From: an uncultured bacterium | Lineage (GTDB): Bacteria; Eisenbacteria; RBG-16-71-46 | Reading direction: 5' to 3' | Assembly: GCA_964554725.1 (NCBI GenBank) | Contig: CAZKQE010000001.1 | Location: 1 to 38,115 of the forward strand | DNA length: 38,115 nucleotides | Shown here: positions 17,641 to 28,100 of the stretch, piece by piece | Layout of the letters: each line of letters opens with the position of its first letter | Position numbering within the stretch: the stretch's first letter is position 1 | Program-made: the position numbers and the translations under genes | The notes under the pieces: generated by a model | Seen by the model: the letters and a program-made list of their open reading frames with translations, nothing else | Told to the model about the DNA's origin: nothing | The model's database searches: none

Positions 17641-20628
17641 TCAACGGGCGCGCACCAGGGTCCGGGACAGCGCCGCGCCGCCCGCCGTCAGGCGGACGAA
17701 GTAGGTGCCGCTCGCGAGCGACGCGCCGCGGTCGTCGCGGCCGTCCCAGTCGACCCCATGGCGTCCCGCCGCGCGGTGTCCGTCCACCAGGGCGCGCACG
17801 GCGCGGCCGGCGACGTCGTAGAGGACCAGGCGCACCGGTCCGGCGGCCGGCACGGCGTAGTCGAGCCGCAGCGCCCCGGGCGCCGGATGCCCGGAGGCCA
17901 GCCGCAGCGCGAGGGCGGCGGGCGCCGGCGCTTCCCCGACCGCGACCACGTCGCTGAAGGCGAGCAGCTCGAGGTCGTCCACCGCGGCCTCGACCAGCGA
18001 GCCCGAGCCGGCGTCCTCGGCGATGAAACGGAGCCGGATCTGGCTCGTGGGCTCGACGTAGTCCGCGATCCGGAACAGCACGCGCCGCCAGCTCGCGTCG
18101 CTCGCGGTCGTGTTCTCGACGCTCACCCAGTCGAATCCGCCGTCGTTCGAGATGTCCACCCGCCAGACGTCGAGCCCCGGGCTCGACCCCTGGTTGTTCG
18201 TGTACCAGCGCCAGTAGCTGATGACCGGGTCGTGCGTGCCGTCGGGGGTGGCGTCGAGGAAGGCGGTGGTGAGCGTCGTGCGCCCGCCGTCCACGTCGTT
18301 CGTGCCGGCCGGGGAGCCCAGGGTCGCGTTGCCGGTGACGAAGCACTGGAGCCCGGCCACCGTGTGGTCGTCCTCGGGCTGGACGTCGATGCCGGCGGTC
18401 ACCTGGGTGCCGATCGGGTCGGCCCGCACCCAGAGACCGGTGGTCGCGTTGTCCCCGGCCGCTCCCACGGTCCAGCCGGGATCGACCTCCATGTCGCGCA
18501 CCAGCAGCGTGGTCGCCGGTCCGGCGAGGAAGCGGTGGGTCGCGGAGGCCGGCGCCGCCGCCGGGTGGGTGACGGACTCGCCGTAGGAGTCCGCCGCGCG
18601 GACGTAGTAGCGCACGACCGCGCCGGAGACGCCGGGGATGGAGGCGGTGAACTCGTCCGGGTTCCCGGTCGGGGACATCGGCACGCTGCCGAAGGCGCCG
18701 TCGTTGAAGGCGTAGTGGAGGCTGGGCGCGCCCGCGAGCGCCCCGAACGGGCCGGCGTAGGTCACCGTGGCGGTGACCGGGAAGGGGCCGGCGCCGGGCT
18801 GGTCGGCCAGCGGGGCGTGGACGATGTCCATGAAGTAGCCGGTGCCGATGCCGTGCGCGTTGAAGGCGGCGACGATCGCGGCGCCGTTCGGCGTGCCGTT
18901 CCCGAGATCGGCGTCGTCGTCGTCGGCGACCAGCGTCTCGATGAAGTACTCGTTCATCGCCACGCCGTCGTCCGGGTCGTCGGGGATCCCGTACTTGGCG
19001 AAGTGGGAGAGCTGCGCGGCGACCGCGAGGCCCGCCGACTGCCGCAGGTCCCAGAACGCGCCGCCGATGATGAGCCCGGTGACGTGGCCGTCGCCGCTCG
19101 CGTCCTCGGGCCACCGGCGGGTGTTGTCGATCGTGCGCAGGACCGTCGCGGGGCCGAAGAAACCCTTGCCGACGTTGGGGTCGTCCTGGATCATCGCCGC
19201 CAGCACGTCCGCCATCCCCTCGTGCAGGGCGCCGTTGTTCATCCCCGACCCCTGCCCGGCCTGCTGGTAGATCTCGTGGTTCACCATGTGGCCGTACTCG
19301 TGGTAGACGACGTCGGGCATGGTGGCGGTGTTCGGGCAGCCGCCGCCGGCGGCGTAGAAGTTCACCGAGCCGTCTGCCGTGCTGTAGAAGGCGTTGCAGG
19401 TGCTGGCGATGTTGACCTTGCAGGGCACCACGTAGTCCACGCCCACCGCCCCGGGGTCCAGCGTCTTCACGTAGTCGTGGACGAGCTGGACGTGGTGGAA
19501 GCCGTCGCGCTCGGCATCGTGCGAGTTCGCGGCGGTGAAGGCGATGTCCACCGTCGCCGGGTCGGCGGCCGGGGTCGAGAACGAGGCGTCCGGCACCCCG
19601 TCCTGCCGGTGGACGTCCACGAAGGGACCGCGCAGCTGGGCGCTCACCGTGACCGCGCCGCCGGGCGAGTGTCCGTAGGCGCCGCCGGCGTCGGTGGTCA
19701 CCGCCGTCGGGCCGACGTTCACGGTGAGGCCGCGCAGCGGCCGGGCGACGGTCGCGTCGGTCGGCAGCAGCGGATGGACCGTGCCGGTCGCGGTGCCGGT
19801 GATCGCGTGGCGGACGTGGTTGCGGCGCCACAGCACCTCCCCGGTCGCGGCGTCGACCAGCGTGCGCCAGTCGCCCGGCGGATCGGCGGTCACCACGCGC
19901 GCCTCGGTGACGACCCGCAGGCCCGGGCCCTCCGCCGCGACGAGCGGCAGCAGCGCGAGCGTCTCGGCCCCCTCGACCCGGTCGCGCGCCGGGTCGAAGG
20001 CGAGGCCGGCGCGGGCGGCGGCCCGCGCGACCGACACCGGCAGCCGGCCCGCGACCGGCAGCTCGTGGTCGGCGACGCGGTGGGCGTCGGCGCCGAAGGA
20101 GAGCAGCCGGCCGTTCCCCGACACGCGGAACTCCCAGTCGCCGAACAGCACCGGCAGGCCGGCCACGAGCTGGCGGAAGCTCACGTACCAGGTGCCGCGC
20201 ACCCGCTGCGCGCGCGTCCGCTCGAGGACCGGGGCGCCGAACAGCCCGGGGTGGCCGGCGATGAAGGCGCGCAGGGCCGCCTCGACCGCGTCCGCACGGT
20301 CGGCGAAGCCGGCGAGCGGGATCGCCGGGCCCAGCGCACGGTGCGGGCTCGCGGTGCGCGCGTTCCACAGCGCGGTCCATGCCCCGTGCCGGTCGGTGAA
20401 CCCGCGCCACGGCGCGGCGGCCTCGAGCCGGGCGCGGGTCGCGGCATCCGCCGGGACCACCGCGCCCGCGCCGGGGGCGCGGATCCCCGCGTCCGTCGTC
20501 GCGTCGGGGGCGCGCACCGCGCGGGCGGGGACGGCGGCGAGCGTGAGGGCGAGGAGCGCGGGGATCGCGAACGCGGACCGGGCGCCGGGGGCGCGGAGCG
20601 CGGCGGAACGGCGGGGTCGGCGGTCCAT
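17641..20628 (-). CDS. Secreted zinc metalloprotease (gluzincin, M4/M36 thermolysin-fungalysin-like) with C-terminal FlgD-Ig / T9SS-CTD-like domain
   Basis: 995 aa and the only convincing minus-strand gene. GGGAGG lies upstream of the ATG (20628). It has a signal peptide and an FTP/PepSY-like propeptide region. The catalytic motifs are VVYHEYGHMVNHE (HExxH) plus LHEGMADV (third Zn ligand Glu). The C-terminus is VRLVLYDVAGRAVRAL...VDWDGRDDRGASLASGTYFVRLTAGG...LVRAR. Confidence 0.8.
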   Translation of the reverse strand: MDRRPRRSAALRAPGARSAFAIPALLALTLAAVPARAVRAPDATTDAGIRAPGAGAVVPADAATRARLEAAAPWRGFTDRHGAWTALWNARTASPHRALGPAIPLAGFADRADAVEAALRAFIAGHPGLFGAPVLERTRAQRVRGTWYVSFRQLVAGLPVLFGDWEFRVSGNGRLLSFGADAHRVADHELPVAGRLPVSVARAAARAGLAFDPARDRVEGAETLALLPLVAAEGPGLRVVTEARVVTADPPGDWRTLVDAATGEVLWRRNHVRHAITGTATGTVHPLLPTDATVARPLRGLTVNVGPTAVTTDAGGAYGHSPGGAVTVSAQLRGPFVDVHRQDGVPDASFSTPAADPATVDIAFTAANSHDAERDGFHHVQLVHDYVKTLDPGAVGVDYVVPCKVNIASTCNAFYSTADGSVNFYAAGGGCPNTATMPDVVYHEYGHMVNHEIYQQAGQGSGMNNGALHEGMADVLAAMIQDDPNVGKGFFGPATVLRTIDNTRRWPEDASGDGHVTGLIIGGAFWDLRQSAGLAVAAQLSHFAKYGIPDDPDDGVAMNEYFIETLVADDDDADLGNGTPNGAAIVAAFNAHGIGTGYFMDIVHAPLADQPGAGPFPVTATVTYAGPFGALAGAPSLHYAFNDGAFGSVPMSPTGNPDEFTASIPGVSGAVVRYYVRAADSYGESVTHPAAAPASATHRFLAGPATTLLVRDMEVDPGWTVGAAGDNATTGLWVRADPIGTQVTAGIDVQPEDDHTVAGLQCFVTGNATLGSPAGTNDVDGGRTTLTTAFLDATPDGTHDPVISYWRWYTNNQGSSPGLDVWRVDISNDGGFDWVSVENTTASDASWRRVLFRIADYVEPTSQIRLRFIAEDAGSGSLVEAAVDDLELLAFSDVVAVGEAPAPAALALRLASGHPAPGALRLDYAVPAAGPVRLVLYDVAGRAVRALVDGHRAAGRHGVDWDGRDDRGASLASGTYFVRLTAGGAALSRTLVRAR

Positions 20629-20862
20629 CGGGCCTCCCTCTGAAACCGGGCGGCGCCCGGGGCGGTCCTAGCGGGTGGGGCGTGGGCCGCGCCGCCGCCG
20701 GGGCGCGCGCGGGCCGGTGGATGGTGCCGGGAGCATGACACAGCGGAGGCGGCGCGCTCAACGTCCGGCGCGGGGCGGGGTGCAACCCCGCGGCCCCGCG
20801 GGGCGTAACAGCGGGGCGGGGGCCGGGCCCCCGACGACGGCGATACTCCTGGGGAGGTGGCG

Positions 20863-21954
20863 ATGGAAGGTCGGACGGGATCCCGTCGTTCGCGCCGGGT
20901 GTGGATCTGGTCCGGCGTCGGTGTGCTGGTGGTCGCCGGCGTGGTCGTGGGCGTGCTCCTGGTGCGCAACGCCGGCGGCAACGGCAAGAAGAAGGACGGC
21001 GAGACCGGGCCCACGGCGGCCCCGGTCGAGCTGACGGTGGTCCAGCGCGGCCGCATCGCGACCTGGCTCCAGACCACCACCACGCTCGAGGCGCAGAACG
21101 CCGCCGTGCTGGTGGCGCGCGGACAGGGCGAGGTGGTGGCGCTGCTCGCGGAGGAGGGCCACTGGGTCGAGAAGGGCGCCGTGCTGGCGCGGCTCGAGGA
21201 CACCGAGGCCCGGCTGGCGGCCGAACGGGCCGAGCTGGCGGTCCAGGTGGCGCGCCGCGACGCCGAGCGCGGCCGCCAGCTCGGCCAGCAGGGCTTCCTC
21301 AGCACCAAGGACCTGGACGACCTCGACCTCAAGCTGCGCGGCGCCGAAGTCGATCTCGCACAGCGGCGTCACGACCTCGCCGGGATGCGGATCGTCGCGC
21401 CGTTCGAGGGCCGTGTCACCGGGCGGATGATCCAGCTGGGCGAGACCGTGCTGCCGGGCCGCGAGTGCTTCCGTCTGGCGGACGTGCGGCCGATGCTGGC
21501 GCGCGTCTACTTCCCCGAGCGCGAACTGCCCCGCGTCCGGGTCGGGCAGAGCGCGAGCCTCGAGGTGGACGCCCACCCCGGCCGGGAGTTCCCGGCCCGC
21601 GTCACCCTCGTGAACCCGGTCGTGGACCACAGCAACGGCACCTTCAAGGTGACGCTCGAGGTCCGCGATGCCGACGGACTGCTGCGGCCCGGCAGCTTCG
21701 CGCGGGCGCGCATCCGCACCGGCGACTTCGACGACGCGCTTCTCATCCCGCGCCGCGCGGCGGTCCACGAGGACGGCGAGAACTTCGTCTTCGTCGCGCG
21801 GGGGGACACGGTGGCGCGCACGGCGGTCCGCATCGGCGCCACCTCCGGCGACACGTCGCAGATCCTGGCGGGGTTGAGCGCGGGCGACAGCATCGTGACC
21901 GTGGGTCAGGGCGGCCTCAAGCAGGGCTCGCGGATCAAGGCGGTCCGGCTCTAG
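20863..21954 (+). CDS. RND efflux membrane fusion protein (periplasmic adaptor, HlyD/AcrA family)
   Basis: ATG 20863 lies 5 nt after GGAGG; GTG 20857 is an alternative start. It has an N-terminal TM anchor, a coiled-coil hairpin (ARLAAERAELAVQVARRDAERG...) and a lipoyl/beta-barrel region with IVAPFEGRVTG and the ending IVTVGQGGLKQGSRI. Confidence 0.85.
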   Translation: MEGRTGSRRSRRVWIWSGVGVLVVAGVVVGVLLVRNAGGNGKKKDGETGPTAAPVELTVVQRGRIATWLQTTTTLEAQNAAVLVARGQGEVVALLAEEGHWVEKGAVLARLEDTEARLAAERAELAVQVARRDAERGRQLGQQGFLSTKDLDDLDLKLRGAEVDLAQRRHDLAGMRIVAPFEGRVTGRMIQLGETVLPGRECFRLADVRPMLARVYFPERELPRVRVGQSASLEVDAHPGREFPARVTLVNPVVDHSNGTFKVTLEVRDADGLLRPGSFARARIRTGDFDDALLIPRRAAVHEDGENFVFVARGDTVARTAVRIGATSGDTSQILAGLSAGDSIVTVGQGGLKQGSRIKAVRL

Positions 21955-22002
21955 CCGGGCGCCGGCCGCCGGCCGCGTCCGACCTCGGCGAAGGGAGCGT
22001 CC

Positions 22003-25000
22003 ATGCGCATCATCGACGGCTCGATCCGTCGCCCGGTCACCGTCTTCATGACCACCCTCGGGGTGGTCATCTTCGGCGCGGTCGCGGCCACCCGACTCGA
22101 CGTGGACCTGCTGCCCGACATCTCCTACCCGTCGCTGACCGTCCGCACCGACCTGCCGGACGCCGCCCCGGGCGACGTCGAGCAGTTCGTCACCCGTCCG
22201 GTGGAGGAGGGCGTCGGTGTCGTGCCCGGCCTCGTCCGCCTCCACTCGATCTCGCGCCCGGGACAGTCCGAGGTCACGCTCGAGTTCGCCTCGGGCACCC
22301 GCATGGACCTCGCCTCGCTCGCGGTGCGGGAGAAGCTCGACCTGGTCACGCTCCCGCGCGAGGCGAAGCGCCCGGCGGTGCTCCGGTTCGACCCGTCGCT
22401 CGACCCGATCATGCGCATGCGGCTCTCGGGCGGCGGCAACCTGCAGCGCCTGCGCCGCATCGCCGAACAGACGGTGAAGAGCGACCTCGAGGGCGCGCCG
22501 GGGGTGGCCGCGGTCAAGGTGGTGGGCGGGGAGGAGCAGGAGATCGGCGTCGAGGTGGACGCCGGCCGGCTCTCGGCGGTCGGGCTCACGCTGGCCGACG
22601 TCTCGCGCCGGCTGGCCGACGAGAACATCAACCTCGCCGGCGGCTCGCTCACCGAGGGGGAGTCGGAGTACCTCATCCGCGCCACGAACCAGTTCGCCGA
22701 CCCGCGCGAGATCGGCCGGGTCATCCTCGCCTCGCGGCCCGCCGGGCTGGTGCGGCTCAGCGACGTGGCCACGGTGGGACGGGTGGCGAAGGATCGCGAG
22801 GTGGTCGCGCGGCTCGACGGCGCCGAGGCGGTGGAGATCGCGATCTACAAGGAGGGCGACGCGAACACCGTCTCGGTCGCCCGCGCGGTGCAGCGCCGGG
22901 TGGACCGCCTGCAGCTGCCGCCGCCCATGAAGCTGGTGAAGGTCGCCGACCAGTCGCGCTTCATCCAGAACGCGGTGAACGACGTGACCTGGTCGGCGGG
23001 GCTCGGCGGCGTCCTCGCGGTGCTGGTGCTGTTCGCCTTCCTGCGCCGGCTCGGCGTGACCCTGGTCGTGGCGCTCTCGATCCCGGTCTCGGTGTTCGCC
23101 ACCTTCATCATCATGTACCGGGGCGGTCTGTCGCTGAACCTGATGTCGCTCGGCGGCCTGGCGCTCGCCGTGGGCATGCTGGTGGACAACTCCATCGTCG
23201 TGCTCGAGAGCGTGTTCCGCAGCCGCGAGGAGGGGGACGCCCCGCGCGTGGCGGCCTCCCGCGGCGCCGCGACGGTGGCGATGGCGGTCGCCGCCTCGAC
23301 GCTCACGACCGTCGCCGTCTTCTTCCCGCTGGTGTTCGTCGAGGGCCTGGCCGGCCAGCTGATCCGCGACCAGGCGCTGACGATCACCTTCTCCCTGCTC
23401 GCCTCGCTGGCGGTGGCGCTGACCCTGGTGCCGACCCTGTCGGCGATGGGGGTGCGCGCGCCCGCGGGGGACGCCCCCGGGGCGGCGGGCGAGCGGCGAC
23501 GCGGCCGCTGGGCGACGTCGCTCGGCTGGGCGCTCGGCGTCCTGCTCTACCTGCCGCGGACCGTCGGGCGGGGTGCGGCGTGGCTCGGGCGGTCCGGGCG
23601 GCCGGCGGTGGAGCGGTCGTTGCGGCCGTTCGACCTCGCGTACGGGGCGGTCGAGCGACACTACCCGTCGCTGGTGCGCGGCGCGCTGCGTCACCGCGGC
23701 CGGGTGCTGGCCGCCTCCACCCTGGGGCTCGCGCTGACCCTGGCGGTCGGGCTGATGCTGCCCCGCAACCTGTTCCCGCCGTTCAGCCAGGGCGAGTTCC
23801 ACTTCAACGTGCGGCTCGCCGAGGGTACGGCGCTCCACGTCACCGACGCGACGCTGGAGCGGATCGCCGCGACGGTGCGCGACGACCCGCGCGTCCGGTT
23901 CGTCTACACGAGCGCCGGCCAGACGGACCTGTCGGCGTTCGCCGGCTCCGCGCGCGAGGCCAACCGCGGCCAGATCGCGGTCCAGCTGCGGCGCGCCACC
24001 GACCGCTCCGCCGAGGAGGACGTGGCTGGGCGGCTGCGCCGGGCGATGGACGCCGTCCCGGGACTCGGCTACGACTTCGAGCGGCCGTCGCTGCTCAGCG
24101 TCCGCAGCCCGGTCGAGGTCGAGGTCTACGCCTACGACCTCGACACGCTGCGCTCGGTGTCGCAGGCGGTCGCCGCACGGCTCGCCGCCGTGGCGGGGAT
24201 CGAGGACCTCGAGTCGTCCATGCGCCTGGGCGACCCCGAGGTGCAGATCGCCTTCGACCGGGACCGGCTGGCGGCGATGGCGCTCGACCCGGCCGGCGCC
24301 TCGCGCATGGTGCGCAACGCGGTGCAGGGGGAGGCGGCGACCCAGTTCAGCGACCTCGACCGCAAGCTCGACGTGCGGGTCCGGGCCAGCGAGGGCGAGC
24401 GGTCGGTGGTCGCCGAGCTCGCCAACCTGGAGGTGGGGCGCAACCAGGGGCGCCCGGTGCCGCTGGGCGCGGTCGCCGCGGTCTCGATCTCCCGCGGCCC
24501 GGCCGAGATCCGCCGCATCTCGCAGCAGCGGGCGGCGGTCGTCTCCGCCAACCTCGAAGGGCGCGATCTCGCCTCCGCCGCGCGCGACATCCAGGCCGCG
24601 CTCGACGGGCTCGCGGTGCCGCCGGGCGTCCGCGTCACCCTCGCCGGCCAGAACAGCGAGCTGGCGGAGTCGTTCGATTCGCTGCGGTTCGCGCTCATCC
24701 TCGCGGTCTTCCTCGTCTATCTGGTCATGGCGAGCCAGTTCGAGTCGCTGCTCCACCCGTTCGTCATCATGTTCACGCTGCCGATGGCGATCGTCGGCGT
24801 GGTGCTCAGCCTGCTGGTGACCGGGACCTCGGTCAACGTCATGGTGCTCATCGGCATGGTGGTGCTGGCCGGGATCGTGGTGAACAACGGGATCGTCCTC
24901 ATTGACTACACGAAGCAGCTCCGCGCGCGCGGCGTCGCCAAGGTCGAGGCGCTGGTCGAAGCCGGCACCGTGCGGCTGCGGCCCATCCTCATGACGACGA

Positions 25001-25164
25001 TGACCACGGTGCTGGGGCTGCTGCCGATGGCGCTCGGGTTCGGCGAGGGTGCGGAGGTGCGCGCGCCGCTCGCGCTGACGTTGATCGGCGGGCTCACGAC
25101 CGGGACCGTGCTGACCCTGGTCGTGCTGCCGGTCGTCTACGCGACCCTCGACCGCAGGCCGTGA
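22003..25164 (+). CDS. RND efflux transporter, inner-membrane pump (AcrB/HAE1-like), paralogue 1
   Basis: 1053 aa with AAGGGAG upstream. The N-terminus IRRPVTVFMTTLGVVIFG and the segments GGLALAVGMLVDNSIVVLE and VLAGIVVNNGIVLIDY are typical of 12-TM RND pumps. Confidence 0.9.
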   Translation: MRIIDGSIRRPVTVFMTTLGVVIFGAVAATRLDVDLLPDISYPSLTVRTDLPDAAPGDVEQFVTRPVEEGVGVVPGLVRLHSISRPGQSEVTLEFASGTRMDLASLAVREKLDLVTLPREAKRPAVLRFDPSLDPIMRMRLSGGGNLQRLRRIAEQTVKSDLEGAPGVAAVKVVGGEEQEIGVEVDAGRLSAVGLTLADVSRRLADENINLAGGSLTEGESEYLIRATNQFADPREIGRVILASRPAGLVRLSDVATVGRVAKDREVVARLDGAEAVEIAIYKEGDANTVSVARAVQRRVDRLQLPPPMKLVKVADQSRFIQNAVNDVTWSAGLGGVLAVLVLFAFLRRLGVTLVVALSIPVSVFATFIIMYRGGLSLNLMSLGGLALAVGMLVDNSIVVLESVFRSREEGDAPRVAASRGAATVAMAVAASTLTTVAVFFPLVFVEGLAGQLIRDQALTITFSLLASLAVALTLVPTLSAMGVRAPAGDAPGAAGERRRGRWATSLGWALGVLLYLPRTVGRGAAWLGRSGRPAVERSLRPFDLAYGAVERHYPSLVRGALRHRGRVLAASTLGLALTLAVGLMLPRNLFPPFSQGEFHFNVRLAEGTALHVTDATLERIAATVRDDPRVRFVYTSAGQTDLSAFAGSAREANRGQIAVQLRRATDRSAEEDVAGRLRRAMDAVPGLGYDFERPSLLSVRSPVEVEVYAYDLDTLRSVSQAVAARLAAVAGIEDLESSMRLGDPEVQIAFDRDRLAAMALDPAGASRMVRNAVQGEAATQFSDLDRKLDVRVRASEGERSVVAELANLEVGRNQGRPVPLGAVAAVSISRGPAEIRRISQQRAAVVSANLEGRDLASAARDIQAALDGLAVPPGVRVTLAGQNSELAESFDSLRFALILAVFLVYLVMASQFESLLHPFVIMFTLPMAIVGVVLSLLVTGTSVNVMVLIGMVVLAGIVVNNGIVLIDYTKQLRARGVAKVEALVEAGTVRLRPILMTTMTTVLGLLPMALGFGEGAEVRAPLALTLIGGLTTGTVLTLVVLPVVYATLDRRP

Positions 25165-25174
25165 GGCGACGGCC

Positions 25175-28100
25175 GTGAACCTGCCGCGCTGGAGCCTCCG
25201 CCACCCGGTCACCGCCAGCATGGTGCTGATCTGCATGCTGGTGCTGGGCGCGATCTCGGCTCCGCGGCTGCCGCTCGCGTTCCTGCCCGAGGTGAGCTTC
25301 CCGGGCATCGAGATCACGATCCCGTATCCGAACGCGCTGCCGGCGCAGGTGGAGGAGGAGATCACCCGCCCGGCCGAGGAGGCGCTCGCCACGCTCTCGC
25401 GCGTGCGGCGGATCTCGTCCTGGTCCTCGACGAACGCCGCCAACATCTACGTCGAGTTCGACTGGGGCGAGGACATCGCCCCGCTCCGGGTCGAGGCGCG
25501 CGAGAAGCTCGAGCGCATCCGCGACCGCCTGCCGGTGGACGTGGACCAGATCCAGGTCAACTCGTTCCGCTCCTCCGACATCCCGGTGCTCGAGTGCCGG
25601 ATCTCCGCCGACCGCGACCTGTCGCGGGACTACGAGCTGCTGAACCGCAACGTCGCCGACCCGCTGCGCCGGGTGCCCGGGGTCGCCAAGGTCGAGCTCT
25701 ACGGCGTGGAGCCGCCCCAGGTCCGCATCGACTTCTCGCTCGCGGCCCTTCAGCGCCATGGGCTCGACGCCGAGCGTGTGCTGGCGCGGCTGGACGCCTC
25801 GAGTCGCAGCCTCAACGCGGGCCTGCTGCGCCGCGGCGACGAGGCGTGGCCGCTGCGGGTGGTCAATCAGTTCGCCACCCTGCGGGAGTTCCAGGACTTC
25901 CCGGTCGACGAGCGCGGTCTGCGGCTCGCCGACATCGCCACGGTCGCGCTCGCCGAGCCGGACCTCGACTACGGCCGTCACCTCGACCGGTCGCGCGCGA
26001 TCGGCCTCAACGTGATCAAGGAGTCGGGCGCCAACACGGTCGAGGTGGCCGAACGCGCCCGGCGCGTGCTCGACGCGGTCGGGCGTGACCCCCAGCTCGG
26101 GGGCATCCGCGTGCTGACGTTCACCGATCAGGGACAGGACATCCGCAACTCGCTCGAGGGGCTCATGCACGCCGGGATCGTCGGCGCCCTGCTCGCGACC
26201 GGCGTGCTGTTCTTCTTCCTGCGCAACGCCGTGACCACGACGGTGGTGGCGATCGCGATCCCGTTCTCGCTGCTGGCGGCCTCGGCGCTCATGTTCTTCA
26301 GCGGGCGGACGCTCAACATCCTCTCGATGATGGGCCTGATGCTGGCGGTGGGCATGCTGGTGGACAACGCGGTGGTGGTGCTGGAGAGCATCCATCGGCA
26401 CCGGGAGGCGGGCCGCTCGAACCTGCGCGCCACGCTGCTCGGCAGCCGCGAGGTGCTGCCGGCGGTGCTCTCGTCCACCGCCACCTCGATCATCGTCTTC
26501 CTGCCGCTGGTGCTGGGTGGACGGACCGAGATCACGACCTGGATCGGCGAGGTCGGGCGCACGATCATCTTCACCCTGGTGTGCTCGCTGTTCCTGTCCC
26601 TGACCGCGATCCCGCTGGCGATGGGTCGCCTGCTCCAGGCGCGGGTGGGGCCCCCGTCGAACGCCCTGCTGCGCATCGCGGCGTTCCATCAGCGGGTCCT
26701 CCACTGGACCCTGACCCACCGTCCCGCCAGCGCCGGGATCGCGGTCGCGGTATTCGTCGGCGCGATCCTCGCGTTCCTCCCGGTGGACAAGAGCGCGTTC
26801 ACCGCCTCGAAGGTCGAGGGGGTGGGCATCCAGTACGAGTTCAGCGACAACCTGAACCACCGCGAGGTGGAGAAGTACGTCACCCGGGTCGAGGACTGGA
26901 TCCACGAGCGGATGGACTCGCTGAACGTGCGCTCGACCTACTCGTACTTCACGAACAACAGCGGCTTCACGCGCGCCTACCTCGCGAGCGGTCACCAGCA
27001 CGACGAGGGCGCCGACGTGCTGCGCAAGGCGCTGCGCGCGCGGCTGCCGGCCCTGCCCGGGGTCAAGCTCCGGCTGCGGGGCCGCGACGAGGACTCGGGC
27101 CCCTCGCGGATCACGGTGCGGCTGTTCGGCGACCCCGGGCCGCGGCTCGACGGCCTGGCGGAGGAGGTGCAGCGGCGGCTCGCCCGGGTGCCGGGCCTGA
27201 ACGACGTGGTCGTGGGCGGCGAGCGCGGCCGGCAGGAGGTCGAGGTGGTCGTGGACCGCGACCGCGCCTTCGGCTACGGCCTCACGACCGCCGAGGTGGG
27301 GGGTGCGGTCGCGCGCTTCTTCCGCGGCCGCTCGCTGGCGCGCTTCCGCGGCCCCGACGGGGAGGTCCAGGTGCAGGCGCGACTGGCCGAGAGCGATCGT
27401 TCGAGCCTCGACCAGCTGGACCGGTTCCCGGTCGTGGTCGAGGGCGAGGGGACGGTCCCGCTCGGGTCGCTGGCCGACTTCCGCACCGTGCGCACCCCGG
27501 CCGGCGTGGAGCGCCAGCAGCGACGTTCGATCCTCGCCGTGCGCGGCAACTGCGACTCGAAGAAGGCGGGCGAGATCCGCAAGAACGTGTCCCGCGAGAT
27601 GGACGGGATGAGCTTCCCGGTCGGCTACTCGTGGTCATTCGGCTCCGGATTCGAGGAGGCCGACCAGACCCAGCAGGAGATGATGCTCAACCTGATCCTC
27701 GCCCTGATGCTGGTCTACCTGGTGATGGCCGCGCTGTTCGAGTCGTTGCTCCACCCGTTCGCGATCATGCTCGCCCTGCCCTTCGCCTTCGTCGGCATCG
27801 CCTGGATCTCGCTGCTCACCGGCTCGCCGTTCAACCTGATGGCGCAGATCGGTCTGCTCATCCTGATCGGGATCGTGGTGAACAACGGGATCGTGCTCGT
27901 CTACCACATCCACCAGCTGCGCGAGCGCGGCGTCGAGCGCACCCGGGCGATCGAGGAGGCCGCGCGCGACCGGCTGCGGCCGATCCTCATGACCACGCTG
28001 TGCACGATCCTCGGCCTGCTGCCGCTGGCGATCGGCGGCAACGCGGTCGGGGACGTGCTCTACTACCCGCTCGCCCGCACCGTGATCGGCGGCCTCGCCG

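Noticed and set aside
20758-25446. 1562-aa ORF on the minus strand, the longest ORF in the window
   Set aside because: It is antisense to the MFP and RND genes, which have unmistakable family motifs on the + strand. Its translation is Arg/Gly/Pro/His/Asp-rich and has no motifs. This is a typical shadow ORF in stop-poor, very GC-rich DNA.
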